From Eledone cirrhosa (Eukaryota): DNA of 64,000 bases. The notes beneath the pieces were generated by a model, which saw nothing but the letters and a program-made list of their open reading frames with translations, ran no database searches and was not told where the DNA came from. This document shows, piece by piece, positions 13,601 to 27,528 of the stretch. Position numbers and translations under genes: made by a program. The DNA is taken from assembly GCA_964016885.1 (NCBI GenBank), contig OZ024742.1, positions 157,604,001 through 157,668,000 of the forward strand. Reading direction: 5' to 3'. Numbering within the stretch: position 1 is the first letter of the stretch; each line of letters starts with the position of its first letter.

Positions 13601-16278
13601 AGCTTTCGCTATGATCAAACACATACAGATAAATATATAACTAAAACACCAGGACTTACAGATATACACACACAAATTTACACGAATAGGAATATACGCG
13701 TTGGAATGCAGATGACAACATAAAATAAATAGAATAGTGAGTTGTCGATAATGATATTAATAACAATAACAACAATAACAACAACAAAAGTAACAGCAAC
13801 AATAATAATAATAGCAATAATAAAAACATTGCACGGAGTTTACGCACTGAATGCAAAAATTATGTATGGGAATATATACATATGTCAGGTAATTAGAATC
13901 GGCACTAACATAGCGTGGCTCATCATAGTTTATGAAAGCATATAGGGTATCTATATGAATTTTTTAAAGCTGGTATCGTGTCACATCTATCTGAGTAGCG
14001 ATGAGAATACCAGCCATCGTTTTCCAGTTATCTATCATAAATGACATTTACTCACTTAATACTACGACAGATTTCGCTATATCATGTAATTGATTTGCGT
14101 ATGTGTAACCACACTATATTAGTGTCACGTCTAATCAAACCTGGTTAACCAATCACGTTTGAAATATGTGTAAATGAGCATCTCTAACCCATGTTTATGT
14201 TGCACCATTTGCAATTGAGCATCTCCATTTTTGGAATCTTATACAATATATTTAAAATATAGACATACACAAATCTATTGATTCATTGGAATACTAAACA
14301 TCTTTCGTAATGATGATGAGAAAACATTCATGAGAAGCTAAGCTTATGCGGCAGATGTAGAGTGAGCAATACTCAGTCAGTCACATACAAGTACAGGCCT
14401 CAAATCTCAATGAGATATTGAAGACATGGCCATCAGCAATTATTTAGTATATACATGTAAATAGCTACCATTTCTTCTGCGATAAAAAACATATTGGAAT
14501 TCTGGAAACCACTCTGATGCGCAAGCCTCTCATACTTTTATGTAAATAAATGAGATGTTTTTTTTTTTTTTTATTAGTATTCAATAAAATAAACGGCAAA
14601 TTTCTTAATTTATAAAATGTTAAATTACTTCCAAAACAACTTCCTTTCTAGTCGATTCAATGATATGTTTTCCTTACGATATTGACATAATGGTCTAGCT
14701 GTAAACATTTGAAGTTTCTTTGAATTCTATATATCATATCGATCTTTTGAAAGGGAAATTTGTTTCAATGCCAAGATTATGTAAACTGCTAAAAAGAATA
14801 TATTAAATGTGATTAAAGAATTGTATTAGGTTTTAATATGCGATATTGAAATAACATAAACACGAGAATAAGGATAAACCCCGAATGAAGAAATATGAAA
14901 GCGATTTTATATCATCCGGGAAAAAATATCAGAAATCTATTAATTTTGTTGGTGTGAGGACTCTAGTTGTCCAGTTCGATATCATTTAATATGTTAGCAG
15001 GGAAATTGTATGTGGTACATAGAACATTAGCACCTCTGTCTATGTCAAGTATTAAATCTGATTTCTTCTTTTCTTCTTTTGTGCTAGATGCGACTTGTGT
15101 ATCCTATGTTAGACATCCCAAGTCGTCAGCGTGCGTAGAGTCGAAAAAGTCCAACTGTGATCTCTCTCGCTGGTGGTCCCTTCTGTCAGCCTCTCCGCAT
15201 CCACCAAGGTGATGTTTAAGGAGCCAATTAGCAGTGTGTTACAAGGCCAATAGAACACTTTGACGTATTCTAAGTTAACTAGCCTTCCATCTTCCCAAGA
15301 TCTGTAAAACAAGAACCAGATAAAGCCCGCGTTAATTTTTAAGCTAAATACCTTTATCAATTATGCTGTCATTCTCGCATTCACAATCATAATGACAATT
15401 ATAATGACAATTATTCTAATAATAATGATCCAATCAGTGAAACGAAAAAGAATTGTACGTGACTGCCTGTGTGTGTGTGCAAATGTGCGTTGTTGTGGCT
15501 CAGCAAGTAACCGGTTTGACACAAATATTTTCTTTATTTTGAATAAATGATATGTTCTTTTGTTTATTCGTATCTGGTATGAGTGTGCGATTGTTTTCTG
15601 CGAACTTGTAGCAATGGTGATTATCACAGATTCGGTTGCGAGAAGGGACTGAAAGCACCCCCCACCTCTTTGATCAGCCACAATACCGTCGCATGAGTAA
15701 ATTCCCAGATACTGCTGGCTCAAATTTCAACTTAGTATACATATATAAATACATACATACATACGATTTTATGTTGATTAACTAGATCGAAAGCTGCATT
15801 CTCTGGTGAGTGTATTTTTATTGGGTTAAATATTCTCTCATCCTGATTTGTTTTGTTTTTTTGCCCTTTCATTTAAATGTTGCTACAGCCAATCTATAAG
15901 GAATCACATCTCACATCAGGTAACAATTCAGAGTTCGTGGGTGAAACTCTGAATATACACACTCTTATATGTGCCTTGGCTGTAGAAGTTAAATGTATTT
16001 ATCCTTGCAGCCGGTGTCACTGGCCACCGTTCACGGTAATGCTTTAGCCCACCTGTCCGCGAGGAGCAGCACTTCTGCCCTCTTGCCCTAGACCCAAAGC
16101 CCTATCACACTCCCCCTTCACCCATCCCCTGTCTTCTGCGACACCAGAGCACTTGCCAACCCCTCCCATTCCCGTTCTTTTTCTTCTTTCTTTCTCCCTT
16201 TTTTCTTTATATTTCCCTAATCTGTTTTTACTTTTGTTTCCTTTTTTATTATTGTCGGGGTTTTAGTTGTCATTATTT

Positions 16279-16465
16279 TGGCAGTATCGGTGGAGGGTCG
16301 GATGTCATGCTTTCCAGCATAGTCACGTCCCTTTACGGTCTGAGTACAAATCCCGTCGAGATAAATTTGCCTTTTATCCTTACCGGGTCGATAAAATAGA
16401 GTACCAGTAATGTACTGGTTAATTGCTGGCCTTGTGCTGAATGTAGAAACAATTATTATTATTAT
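16279..16465 (+). mobile_element. tRNA-derived SINE, single copy
   Basis: TGGCAGTATCGG A box, GAGTACAAATCC B-box variant, central GCCTTTTATCCTTACCGGGTCGATAA, (ATT)n tail. Confidence 0.85.
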
Positions 16466-18754
16466 TGTTACTGTAAATAATATCATGGTTATACAGTTTT
16501 TATCATAAATATACTGATATTTTAAAGTAAAAAAGAAATATATGAATAGTATTCAATTGTAATTTGATTGTATGAGTCACACATAGAGAGAGGGGGCGAG
16601 TAAGAGAGAGAGTGTGTGTGCTTGAGAGAGGGGGAGAGTGAGACAGAGTGAGGAGAAAGATATCACCAATGCATTCGGCTTAACAACGAATCCGAATAAT
16701 CTTAATTAGATTCCATCTCACTTCTAAAATAAGCTTACGTTCTCGTAATTTATTCGTAACTTACTGGAACTTGAGTAACACAAGGCGTATTTAATCCTTA
16801 AAATCAAATGTGGACACAAAAGATGACTATTTTCTTTTTTCCCTAATATACTTTTTTTAAATATATTCCATAATTAAACGGAAATTAATAATTGATATGA
16901 ATTTATTTCTTCGATTTTCTCCAAAAAGAAACTTCGTTTATACGACTTTTACACATAATATGCATCTAAACTAATGCACAATTAAATCAGTTTTGGAAGG
17001 GAAACCATGAAAATGACTCCTCTTTGTGTGTACTACCCAACCTACTTATTTTGTTTCGTTAGTTTGGAAAACCTGTAGGATACCAATCATCATCCTTGAT
17101 GCATTTTGAATAGCCAGAATTTATCTTCCCATGAGAGTGTAATATTTATTTTTCAATCATTCCATAAATAGGCACATTGTAGAAATTGTAAAAACTCGAA
17201 TCAGGTTTTCACGGTTTCCCAGTTAAACATACGCTCCACAGCTGTTTTTTGGTAAATGTACATCTACCATTGGAAGGATAATTGTGTGTGTCACAAACAG
17301 CTTTTAAATTTGGGGTCAAATTACTTGCTGGTATTTGATTGGTGAAATTTTGTTATTTGATTCATTACATTCATAGGTTATCACATTGGACGTATAGAAT
17401 AGATGAAGTAGTTCATTGTCCCTTTATTTCTATGCCTCTCCGAATATCATTAATGGCCTTCAATTTGGAATTACCTTACAGTTTGAAGCTAACAGGGATT
17501 TATATCCTACCCACCAATTACTTTTCAGTTAACACAAATCCTGAAGACCGTTTCCTTTTATTCCCTTTCTAAAACCAATTACTTTTTTAAATGTATTAAG
17601 AAATGAAGTATCAAATTAATTTCTAGTTGTTTAGAAAATTTCATACTGACATTTTTGAAGAAATCTTTTTAAAATATTTCTGGTTAACTCATATATAATA
17701 ACGTATTTCCTGCAGGTTTTAACAAATTCCCTGAAATGTAATTGTTTTTAAACTAAATTATTATGATTTAAGTTCATCTTCAGAAGCTTTAAACAATAGC
17801 TGTTCTGGCTTATACTCTAATTAGAATTTATGTCCAAATAATTCAAGAAAGTATATTCTGTGTAGTGATGCCAACCAATGGATGATGTATGTTGCAAGAC
17901 GTGTACACAGGGTTAATTAGAAGTATCACTAAATCAGCGTAGTTGAGAAGATGGAAGTGTATAAAATATATGTACAGACATACGCCTCGAAATGATTATT
18001 TTAGCTATGATCGTGTAACAGTTGCCACAATAACCGTGTACATCCACACATTTGACACACATGAAAGTAAGCTAATAGCTTATATATTAAATATTGCAAA
18101 TAATACATCTTCTGAAACAAACATTTGCATTTAGTGCGTGCTTGAATTACAGTTACTGTAACACAGCGGAATACTGAATAGAGCTTTATATGGAAACATT
18201 TATAATCTTGCTTAGAGGTTTTTTGGTTGCAGTCAGGCTACCGTTATGTGGGAGGCCTTTTGAGAATACCTGGTACAAGTATTTCAAGATTCTGACCCAT
18301 CATCATACACGTGTGATCCGTAGCACATATTGTGAAAGTTATAGCTATTTGTTTCTAGATTGATTACTAAATATTATTCATATATTCAAGTAACTTGTAA
18401 CAATAATAAACTCTTTAATAATTATCAATCAAGAGTGTATAGTAAGCGAAATTAACTGTAGTAGAATCATATCTGATTCCGGCGAATTGCTTCACCATAT
18501 CGTTACGATGGTCACAGTCGGTGATGATTTGAAAATATAGAGTTGTTAGAGACTATTTGATAAATCACATAAACCGTTTTTGTATTTATATAAGTAACCG
18601 TAGCATCTGATTGTTCCAGGGGGTAACATCGTGATATATGGCGTCTGGTGAGCACATTATACTGACTGGACGAAACACATCTACTGACAATTTTTGAACA
18701 CAGTCAATTCTCTCCAGAGAAGGAGAATGGAAATTAGGCAGAGATATATAGACA

Positions 18755-18850
18755 GATTCAACACCAGTACTGAACTGAGACTGTTTCTTATCGACCTTGA
18801 ATGTATGAATGACAAAGTTAACCACGACTTCATTTGAATTCAGCGAACGA
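18755..18850 (-). mobile_element. Diverged SINE relic
   Basis: TTATCGACC..ATGAATGACAAAGTTAACC..ATTTGAATTCAG resembles the reverse complement of the SINE body. Confidence 0.55.
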
Positions 18851-20331
18851 ATAGATAAACATAAGCATTTCATCCGACGTTATCTCGGCCCCACCCGATA
18901 ACTTCCTATAAATAAATCTTTACTGTATTTATTTGGAAGGGAACCCGATTGAAAGCTATCATTTCAAGTGTGTAGGGATACGCACCATTTGCCGAGAATT
19001 GTCTCAGCTACCATATCCCTACATGTTTGTTAGAGTAACCATGACGTTTTGGTGCTAGTGTAGAGACTATCTTTCATATGTATATTCTGTTCTCACCTAG
19101 TATCAATGCTTTGTACGTTCAGCTGACCGTAATGTTATCTGCGTGTCTGCACCATAAAGATCATATTTCACCAGAATTTTTACAAATAATACTAACGTCG
19201 GTACAAGATGCAAACTCCCGTCCCTCTATCTGAGTTTCAGGAAAATGACCAAGCGATACATTTGTAACAAAATATAGAGTCGTAGTTAAGAGAGGTGAAA
19301 TATAATCAGGTGATTTGTTGGTAAAAATATATGAACAAATAAATCATATGTCGTATTCTGACTATAAAACCCGGAAGGCAGCGTCAGTAAGCAGTATAGG
19401 AAGGGTATGTAGTTTTCGTGTGTGTATTTGTTTTATATATTGATATTTATTATATTTTACTAAGGTTTCTTTTTTAATAATTCTCTTCAATCAAACTGTA
19501 CAGCACATAAAGCATCAGACATTGTTGTATTAAGGAATTTATTCAAAATATCAATACTACCATTGAATTTTTCATCGTTTTAGGCCATTATGTGCCAGGA
19601 ATTCACATATATAACCGAGTTGAATCTGAATTATTATTTCTTTTTGTAGGAGTGTATTTACTGTTTAAAATACGTTGCTTAGGAATTTTATTTATGCGAG
19701 CTTTCAACATTTTTAATTGAATAACATGTTTTAAATCGCCGTCAATTGAATGAAAGTTAACTTCAAAAATGCTTATAGAAACTAAAAACAGTCAGGAAAA
19801 TAATAACAATAATCATCAGTAACTTTTTAAAAATATTTCCTTTTGTTTAGAAATGTGATTTAAAGTTTAGAGAACCATTCAGTTTGATAGGATTTCAAAT
19901 TGCTATTCAATAGATATTCTATTCGAGATATTTCTCTAACACAGTAACAATAATATAATTCTCTAATTATAATATTTATTCGGAAATGGAGTTATTAATA
20001 TTTCGTGCATTTTCCCTTCATGTCGGTGAGTGAGAAAAAAATATATGCTTTGACGAACAATAAAATTTATTTTCTATAATATATTATTAGTTATCAATGT
20101 TGATATTAATTTTATAAGTATCCATAGCTTATACGTTAATGGAGTGCTTTTATTTCTATTAATATCATTCAAATACCTTCACTCCGTAATATATAACATT
20201 TTGAAAAACCCCAACAAGAAAGAAAGCAAAACATGTCACGCAAACCTCCGATAAATATTTATCATGGGTCTTATTGAAACATGTGTCGTGATTAAATGAT
20301 TGGAATTGTACCTTGCCTTCGGATTTTCATT

Positions 20332-20942
<611 letters not shown>

Positions 20943-20973
20943 TAAGTGGTAACACAACAGTTAGTCCACCATA

Positions 20974-21014
20974 CCGGGAACAATTGTTTCACCTTATAGG
21001 GATCTTCAGCTCGG
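20974..21014 (-). ncRNA. Type I hammerhead motif in the inverted pLTR
   Basis: CCGAG-CTGAAGA-TCCCTATAAGGT-GAAA-CAATTG-TT-CCCGG; the partner copy at 22638-22680 (+) has lost GAAA. Confidence 0.7.
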
Positions 21015-22030
21015 ACTGGTCATGGTTATACGGAACAGGAGAACTACCGTATGAACGCGCATGCGCAGAAACGGTCACTTCACCCAAGCGGTACAATGCC
21101 ACGGGCGAAAGGTGTAAGGGTGATAACTGCGAAAGTTCGGAAAAGATGTTCGTGTTGATTAGAAAATTAGAATGTTGTTGCTTCAATCCGGATCTTTGTA
21201 GTTATGCAAGAGGTGTTTCCAGACATGGGGACTACGAAGTAGATTTCATTCTTTGATTTTAGGCAATCGCTTTTGCGTAAACTCCTTAGAATATCATCGC
21301 ACACTGCCGGAAAACCCTTATCTTCAACAACGGAGTAGCATGTGCAAATAAGTCAACCACTTCAGAACTATTCGATGACTCCATGGGATCGTTTGACAGT
21401 GCTGACGTATGCCACTTAGTTGGCCTATTTATTTTTAGACATATTACGTGTTAGATTCCCGGACTTCCGCACGGGAATATACCGCGACGATGGCCTGATA
21501 TTATTGAGCCATAAAAGTGGTCACCATCTTGACCATTTAAAAAAGATTTAACTTCTACATTTAATGAGTTAGGACTTAGGATAAAAGTAGCTACCAACCG
21601 CTCTAGCGTATATTTCTTAGACGTTCCTTTAGACCTTCGCACACATACCTTAGACCCTTCCATAAGCTAAACGAAAAAATTAATTACATACACAAGGACT
21701 CATGCCACCCTCCTACTGTTTTAGAAACTTCGTAAATAATATCAGTACTCGAATCTCTAACCTCTCCTCTAATGAGGCTATCTTTGACAGAGCGGCACCC
21801 TACCATAACACAGCGTTAGCTAACAGTGGCTTCTTGCAACCAATTTCTTACTCCCCCACTAACAACAACAGCAATAAGAAAAGAAATCGTAACAATAGAC
21901 AAACTCAACGTTAAAACCAATGTAGGAAAAATCTTTTTAGCCCTTTTAGAGAGACACTTTCCCATAGGTCACATACCGCTCCAATTTTAACAGACGCAGA
22001 GTAAAAATAGGGTACTCCTGCGCTAAGAAT

Positions 22031-22363
22031 ATGAAAGCCCACATCACCAACAGTCCTAAGAGCGGCACCCCACCAGGATGCTCTTGCCGAAAGCCTGAAG
22101 CTTGTCCCCTTCAAAAGCAATGCAAAACACCCGCTATAGTTTATGAAACTGTGGTCACTTCCAACCGACCAAATCAGCCACAGGAGGTCAAATCATATGT
22201 GGGTATAGTGGAGGGCCGATTTAAGGAACGCTTCCTGGACCATCAATCGACATTTAGATACCCGGTCAAACGATCATCCACGAAACTCGCGAGCCACGTA
22301 GGTATAGACTACTCCATTCAATCCATACGCAAGAGGCAATCCGTCTTGTGGACTGTGTATTGA
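22031..22363 (+). pseudogene. PLE GIY-YIG endonuclease fragment
   Basis: CSCRKPEACPLQKQCKTPAIVYE...SYVGIVEGRFKERFLDH...STKLASHV. Confidence 0.9.
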
Positions 22364-23078
22364 AGAAAGGATACATATTCTAAGCAGATTACGCAATAGC
22401 GATTGCCTCAATTCAAAAAATGATATGTTCTCACGTTGTCCACATGTCTGGAAACACCTCCTGCATAACTACAAAGCTCCGGATTGAACAACATTCTAAT
22501 TTTCTAATCAACTCGAACATCTTTTCCGAACTTTCTCAGTTATGTCACTTATACATTTCGCCCATGGCATTGTATCGCGTTTCTGCGCATGCGCGTTCTT
22601 ACGGTTGTGCTTCCTGTTCCGTATAACCATGACCAGTCCGAGCTGAAGATACGCATAAGGTCAAAGAATTGTTCTTCGTATGGTGAACTAACTGTTGTAT
22701 TACTACTTCTACCAAACTACCGCTCTATCTCTCTCTCTCTCTATATATATATACCTATATATATATAAACTAAGGAAAGTTAACAGAGAGAAGGGAGCGC
22801 ACGAAAACAAGGCAATACGAAATAAATTTCTTTTAAGCAGAACCTTAATAACCTTTTTCAATAAAGATACAAACGAAACTCACAGAAGTCCAGGGTGATC
22901 AGCCTTTGAGGTGGTCTTTGGCAGTTTTGACCCCTACCAACGGTACTGCTAGTACACTCTGGGTCACAGGGTCTGACACAAGCCAAACGCTGTCCTGTGG
23001 AGCAAGAGGCGGAAAACATGATATTAATCTATAACAATTAAACTATAAAAATACATATAGAATCTGTGTGACGTCAGG

Positions 23079-23206
<128 letters not shown>

Positions 23207-23207
23207 G

Positions 23208-23400
23208 TGGATTCACAATTGTGAGGTTATTAGTTCGATTCCGGGACCTGGCGAGGCGTTGAATCCTTGAGAAACGCACTTTATTTCACATTGCTCCTCC
23301 TACCTGGAGTTGCGACCGATAGATAGTATTAGCAATTGGAAAGACAAATGGAAACATTGTTTCCTTGATCCGATTTGTCGAAAGTCGATCGAAAAAAAAA
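23208..23400 (+). mobile_element. tRNA-derived SINE of a second family (CORE-like)
   Basis: B box GTTCGATTCC followed by GCGTTG..TCCTTGAG.AA.GCACTTTATTTCAC.TTGCTCC. Confidence 0.6.
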
Positions 23401-23454
23401 AAAAAAAAAATATATATATACATATAGTAAATGGAATCTCAGATTTTTGAATAT

Positions 23455-23835
23455 TAATAATTGGTTCTACTTTTGGCACAAGGCCAGCAATTAGCCAGTA
23501 CATTATTTTATTACCCATACTTTATTTTATCGACCCCATAAGGATGAAAGGCAAAGTTAACCTCGGCGCGATTTAAACTCAGAATGGAAAGGTCCGTAAC
23601 TCTATGCATCAACGCATGGCATCTGACCCTCTACCGATACTGCCAATCCACCTATTAATAATTGTTTATACTGTTGGCACAATTACCCAGTGCATTACTG
23701 GTACTTTATTTTATCGACCCCTTAAGGATGAAAGGCAAATTTAACCTCGGCGGGATTTGAACTCAGATCATAAAGGGGCGTAACTCTATGCTACAAAGCA
23801 TGGCGTCCGAGTATCTACCGATACTGCCAATCCCG
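23455..23835 (-). mobile_element. Tandem dimer of the tRNA-derived SINE
   Basis: Two ~190-bp units matching the 30114-30750 family in reverse orientation. Confidence 0.88.
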
Positions 23836-23847
23836 CCTAATCCACAT

Positions 23848-24256
23848 ATTAATAATACTATTCGATTCGTTTTGCAATTATACAAACAAGCCTCTTTAAG
23901 CTATGTCAGTAGAATGACACCGTTGTTCTTGCTCTTGTGTTGGCATGTTAACATAACTGCAGTCGCTAAAGTTTCTGGATAATTACCCTTCATCAGTACA
24001 GTTTACTGTTCACCTGACAACTGTCAGATCTGCTGAAAATATATGATATTTTCTAAAATATACAGTGAGTGATTGGCCTGATTTGCATATTAGCAAACTG
24101 CCTGATCAGTCACATTTGCATATTAGCAGATAAGCCAGTCATTTTCGCCTATACGAACTATCAATGGCCGGCTTCGCCATATTCAAGACATTCTACAGAC
24201 ATGGCTTAAAGAGGCTGTTTGCATAATTGTAAACGAATTGAATATTATTATTAATA
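23848..24256 (-). mobile_element. Non-coding fold-back element with ~70-bp inverted termini and an internal hammerhead
   Basis: 23848-23918 is the reverse complement of 24189-24256; HHR at 23955-24003. Confidence 0.8.
23955..24003 (-). ncRNA. Type I hammerhead motif with a mutated cleavage triplet (GAC instead of GUC)
   Basis: AACTGTA-CTGATGA-AGGGTAATTATCCA-GAAA-CTTTAGCG-AC-TGCAGTT; 7-bp helix I. Confidence 0.75.
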
Positions 24257-25579
24257 TTCGAAAAATTCAGATTAAATTTACTGCATTCAGCAATGTAGAG
24301 CGATAAACAATTTGTTAGTTGTTTATATCTATATATGTATATACATGATCTCTATAAAATCATATCGTTCTTGTGCCTCGCAACTAGGACAAGGTTCCGA
24401 TCGCTCGTATATACATTTAGACCCATATATGATATATCTGAATTGAGGCGCATCAATTGACATATTTTAAACAATCTTCATCCAATTTTGCACTGCTATG
24501 CAGATAAACACACACATATGCACAGACAAACACAAAAACACACACGGAAAAATAAATATATCTATATGCATGGTGAGATTCTGAACCATGTCCCCAAATA
24601 AAATTCCAAGTTATTTGTCAACGCGCAGTATTAGTAATGGATACATGGTTCTGAGATATGGATGCATGGCACTGAAATATTTGTTTACGAAGTATAGAGA
24701 ACCATTTTGTGCACATTCAGATATACATATCACATCTTATTAACCAGAAATTTAATAAAGGATATGTGATTATACAATGAACAATAGCGCTTATAAAAAC
24801 AGTTTTAAGAGGCCAGGCATTACATAATGGAATGTTAGAAATTGCAATAAAATCACAAGCATATTCAAGGAAGCACTTTGAAAGAAAAAGGCATATTGCA
24901 TCATATAATAAAAGTTATATACTGTCATAATTTCCATCCTGCATTATGCCACTAAGACGGGTTGTTTTCTTAAATATTCAAATGTCTACTCGGCATAGTC
25001 AAAAAGCGAACGCATATAGTTGAGTCCTGTAGTGAGATAGAGGGCAATATGAACGACTCGTTTGTACATTTCAACTGATATCAAAAATCGGAGAGAACTT
25101 TCTATACAAATCGTTTTAACTATAATAATATCATAGAGATTTTATTTTGGAATTTACGTTATATGGTTGTACTTACAAATATTAGTGATAAACACTAATT
25201 AATTAATAGAATTATTATTAGCCGGAATCTGTTTTAACTTATACCTTCCGTACTTTCCGACTCCTAATTTGTTATGTTTATTACTTAGTATCATGTCCCC
25301 TTTAATTGTCCCTCAAATATATACAAGACAGTGGAACATTTGTATCATTAAGAAACAAATTGTTGCATGTCATTCCTGAACCTACTTGATATTATCTGAA
25401 GAATGTTTTTTTTTATGTTACTTAGCTATCTCATGTTCCAGTAGTTAGCTGCATCATATGACATTAATGGTTTAAAAAACAAACATTTGTTGAACACCCA
25501 CTCATGTAAAATTTCTATAGTTTATTCAAAGATTATCAGAACGAATCCTAATTATGCACCGCATTAAACAATGTGGATG

Positions 25580-25790
25580 ATCATAATCATCATTATTTTT
25601 GTCGTCGTTCTCATTATTTTCATCATCGACATCCTGAGTCTCAACATCAATATCATCATCATTATCATCAGCAAAATACTCTTCGCCGTACTCCACCAGT
25701 ATCAATTTATCATCATCATCATCATCATCGTCATCCCCTTCATCGACAACATCATCATTTTCCACATATCGTAATTGTTTTCATCATCGT
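25580..25790. repeat. Degenerate (CAT)n low-complexity tract
   Basis: Explains the poly-D/H/I ORFs. Confidence 0.9.
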
Positions 25791-26899
25791 CCACTCCATA
25801 CACATCCACTTCAGTATCGAAGGTATTTTCTCATCATTATTCTGTGAACTCTCTACTTAGGAAAACAGAACGCTTATGTTGTTGTAAGTTGATGTTTTTT
25901 TTCCAATAATTCCTCCACATATTTTGTTCCTCGAGTCATGTTATTTCCATTATTTACAATTGTATATAAGAACATCATTCTGAATTTGCCCCTTATACAT
26001 CTATAATGAGTATAATATTTACCCTTTCGATAATTCGGCGTATGTTTATCTATGCGAACATTTGTTTTCAATATATATATCTTTCATTTTATTCTGTTAT
26101 TTTCGCTTTAATCTATCTGATCATATTATCTGTCTTGTTTATTTTGATATTTTTTCATTACAAATTGGACACTGCACGGGTGTGTCAAGTATATTATTAA
26201 ATGTTTTAAATGATTGATGAGAAGAATCCCCAGTGATTTTCTATTTATTATATACTAGCAGACACCCTGTAGGTTTTATTCTTTTCATTAGAAATGACCA
26301 CCAAATGTTATATATCAATATGCCATTTTAAGTGTTGTGTTTGTTAGTTATCTATAAATATACAAATGATATGTTAACATGTTTGAAACTAAGAAAAAAT
26401 GTAATAATTTACTCATTCATAAATTGAAGGCAAACAATAGTTTTGTAAATTGTTGTGGTTATAAAAAGAGCATTTAACACCACACGTCTCCCGCAATATC
26501 TCGGTCTCACACAAACTTTTAAATCACATATCCACTGAAAGGTGTTCGCTGTTGTTAATTCCAACATCTCCAACACCTACTACACCACTTTCTTCGGTTG
26601 GATCTCATCTTCCACATTTGAGCTCTTTAACGTTTCTTGTGACGTCAGCCTCCAAGAGATTAGTCAACGCACCAAATGCACCTCATGTACATCAGAAGAT
26701 GCTGTTGTGGTGCGGTTTAGGAGATAAACAACGTATTCTCTCCACCTCACTAGGATGCACCTTTCTGGAGAGAGATGAACTCAGGACCACAATGACAAAA
26801 TTATCATAGATGAGCATGCAACTGGGAAGAAAGGAGTTTGATTGGGTGTTGAGCAAGTCGTAATCAACAGAACCACCTCGTCAAAGTTGTGGCAGCATA

Positions 26900-27140
26900 G
26901 GAGGGATTTAGTTAGAGTCTGGCAGGTAAACAAGAAAGCATTTGCTTCTGTTCCCCACTATTGGATGCTAGAGAAGCCTGAACTTAAATAAATAGAATAA
27001 GGACAGTTTTGACACTGAGAAAACAGAATATTGCAGGGGTATATTTCAAGGAGACAGTCTCCTTTTGATGTTATTCATACTGTCTATAAACCCATTGGGC
27101 TTTATACATAGGAAATGTGAAGGATATGCATTTGGTTCAC
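26900..27140 (+). pseudogene. R4/Dong-like LINE RT fragment
   Basis: Translates to KKAFASVPHYWML and RGIFQGDSLLLMLFILSINPL..GYAFG. Confidence 0.75.
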
Positions 27141-27189
27141 AGGAGGACGAAAACACAAACCTAACTCATATATATATATATCTATCAAT

Positions 27190-27391
27190 CTAGTGCGGGT
27201 AAAATTCCAGAGATCCATGGTAGAGTTCTCTCCAGCGGGCTCTGTCCTTCATTATCGACGCCATGTCCCGAGTCTCCAACAGACCAGTGTCTGTCCTTAG
27301 GGCATCAATATACGTTAACCTTGTTCTTCTTCTTCCAGTGTGTCCATGTAGAGGCTCCCACAGGAGCACTGAGTGCAATGTCAACTCTGGG
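27190..27391 (-). pseudogene. RTE-clade LINE 3' terminal fragment
   Basis: LLWEPLHGHTGRRRTRLTYIDALRTDTGL...MKDRARWR is a typical RTE C-terminus; flanked by TA runs. Confidence 0.75.
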
Positions 27392-27465
27392 TATATATAT
27401 ATATATATATATATATCATAATGAAATAACAGGAGGCTGGACTTGTGTAAATCCTTGAAAGGTTT

Positions 27466-27528
27466 ATTATACTATGATCATTTCAATGACCGGGTTCCGT
27501 ATGAATCCGGTGATATCATCAGGTATTC
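27466..27528 (-). ncRNA. Type I hammerhead ribozyme in a pLTR-like end
   Basis: ATAC-CTGATGA-[TATCACCGGATTC ATACG GAACCCGGTCATT]-GAAA-TGATCA-TA-GTAT. Confidence 0.85.

Larger units (their letters stand above)
20945..22720 (+). mobile_element. Degenerate 5'-truncated Penelope element with an inverted 5' copy of its 3' end
   Basis: RT remnants (FDDSMGSFDSADVCHLVGLFIL, IYRDDGL, RISNLSSNEAIF); GIY-YIG in ORF 22031-22363; 20945-21280 is the reverse complement of ~22388-22715. Confidence 0.92.

Noticed and set aside
15085-15135. Minus-strand CTGACGA followed by a hairpin
   Set aside because: GAAA is replaced by GCAT and there is no helix I; at best a very old relic
18640-18690. CTGGTGAG...CGAAAC hammerhead-like spacing
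   Set aside because: Core mismatch and no convincing helix I or II
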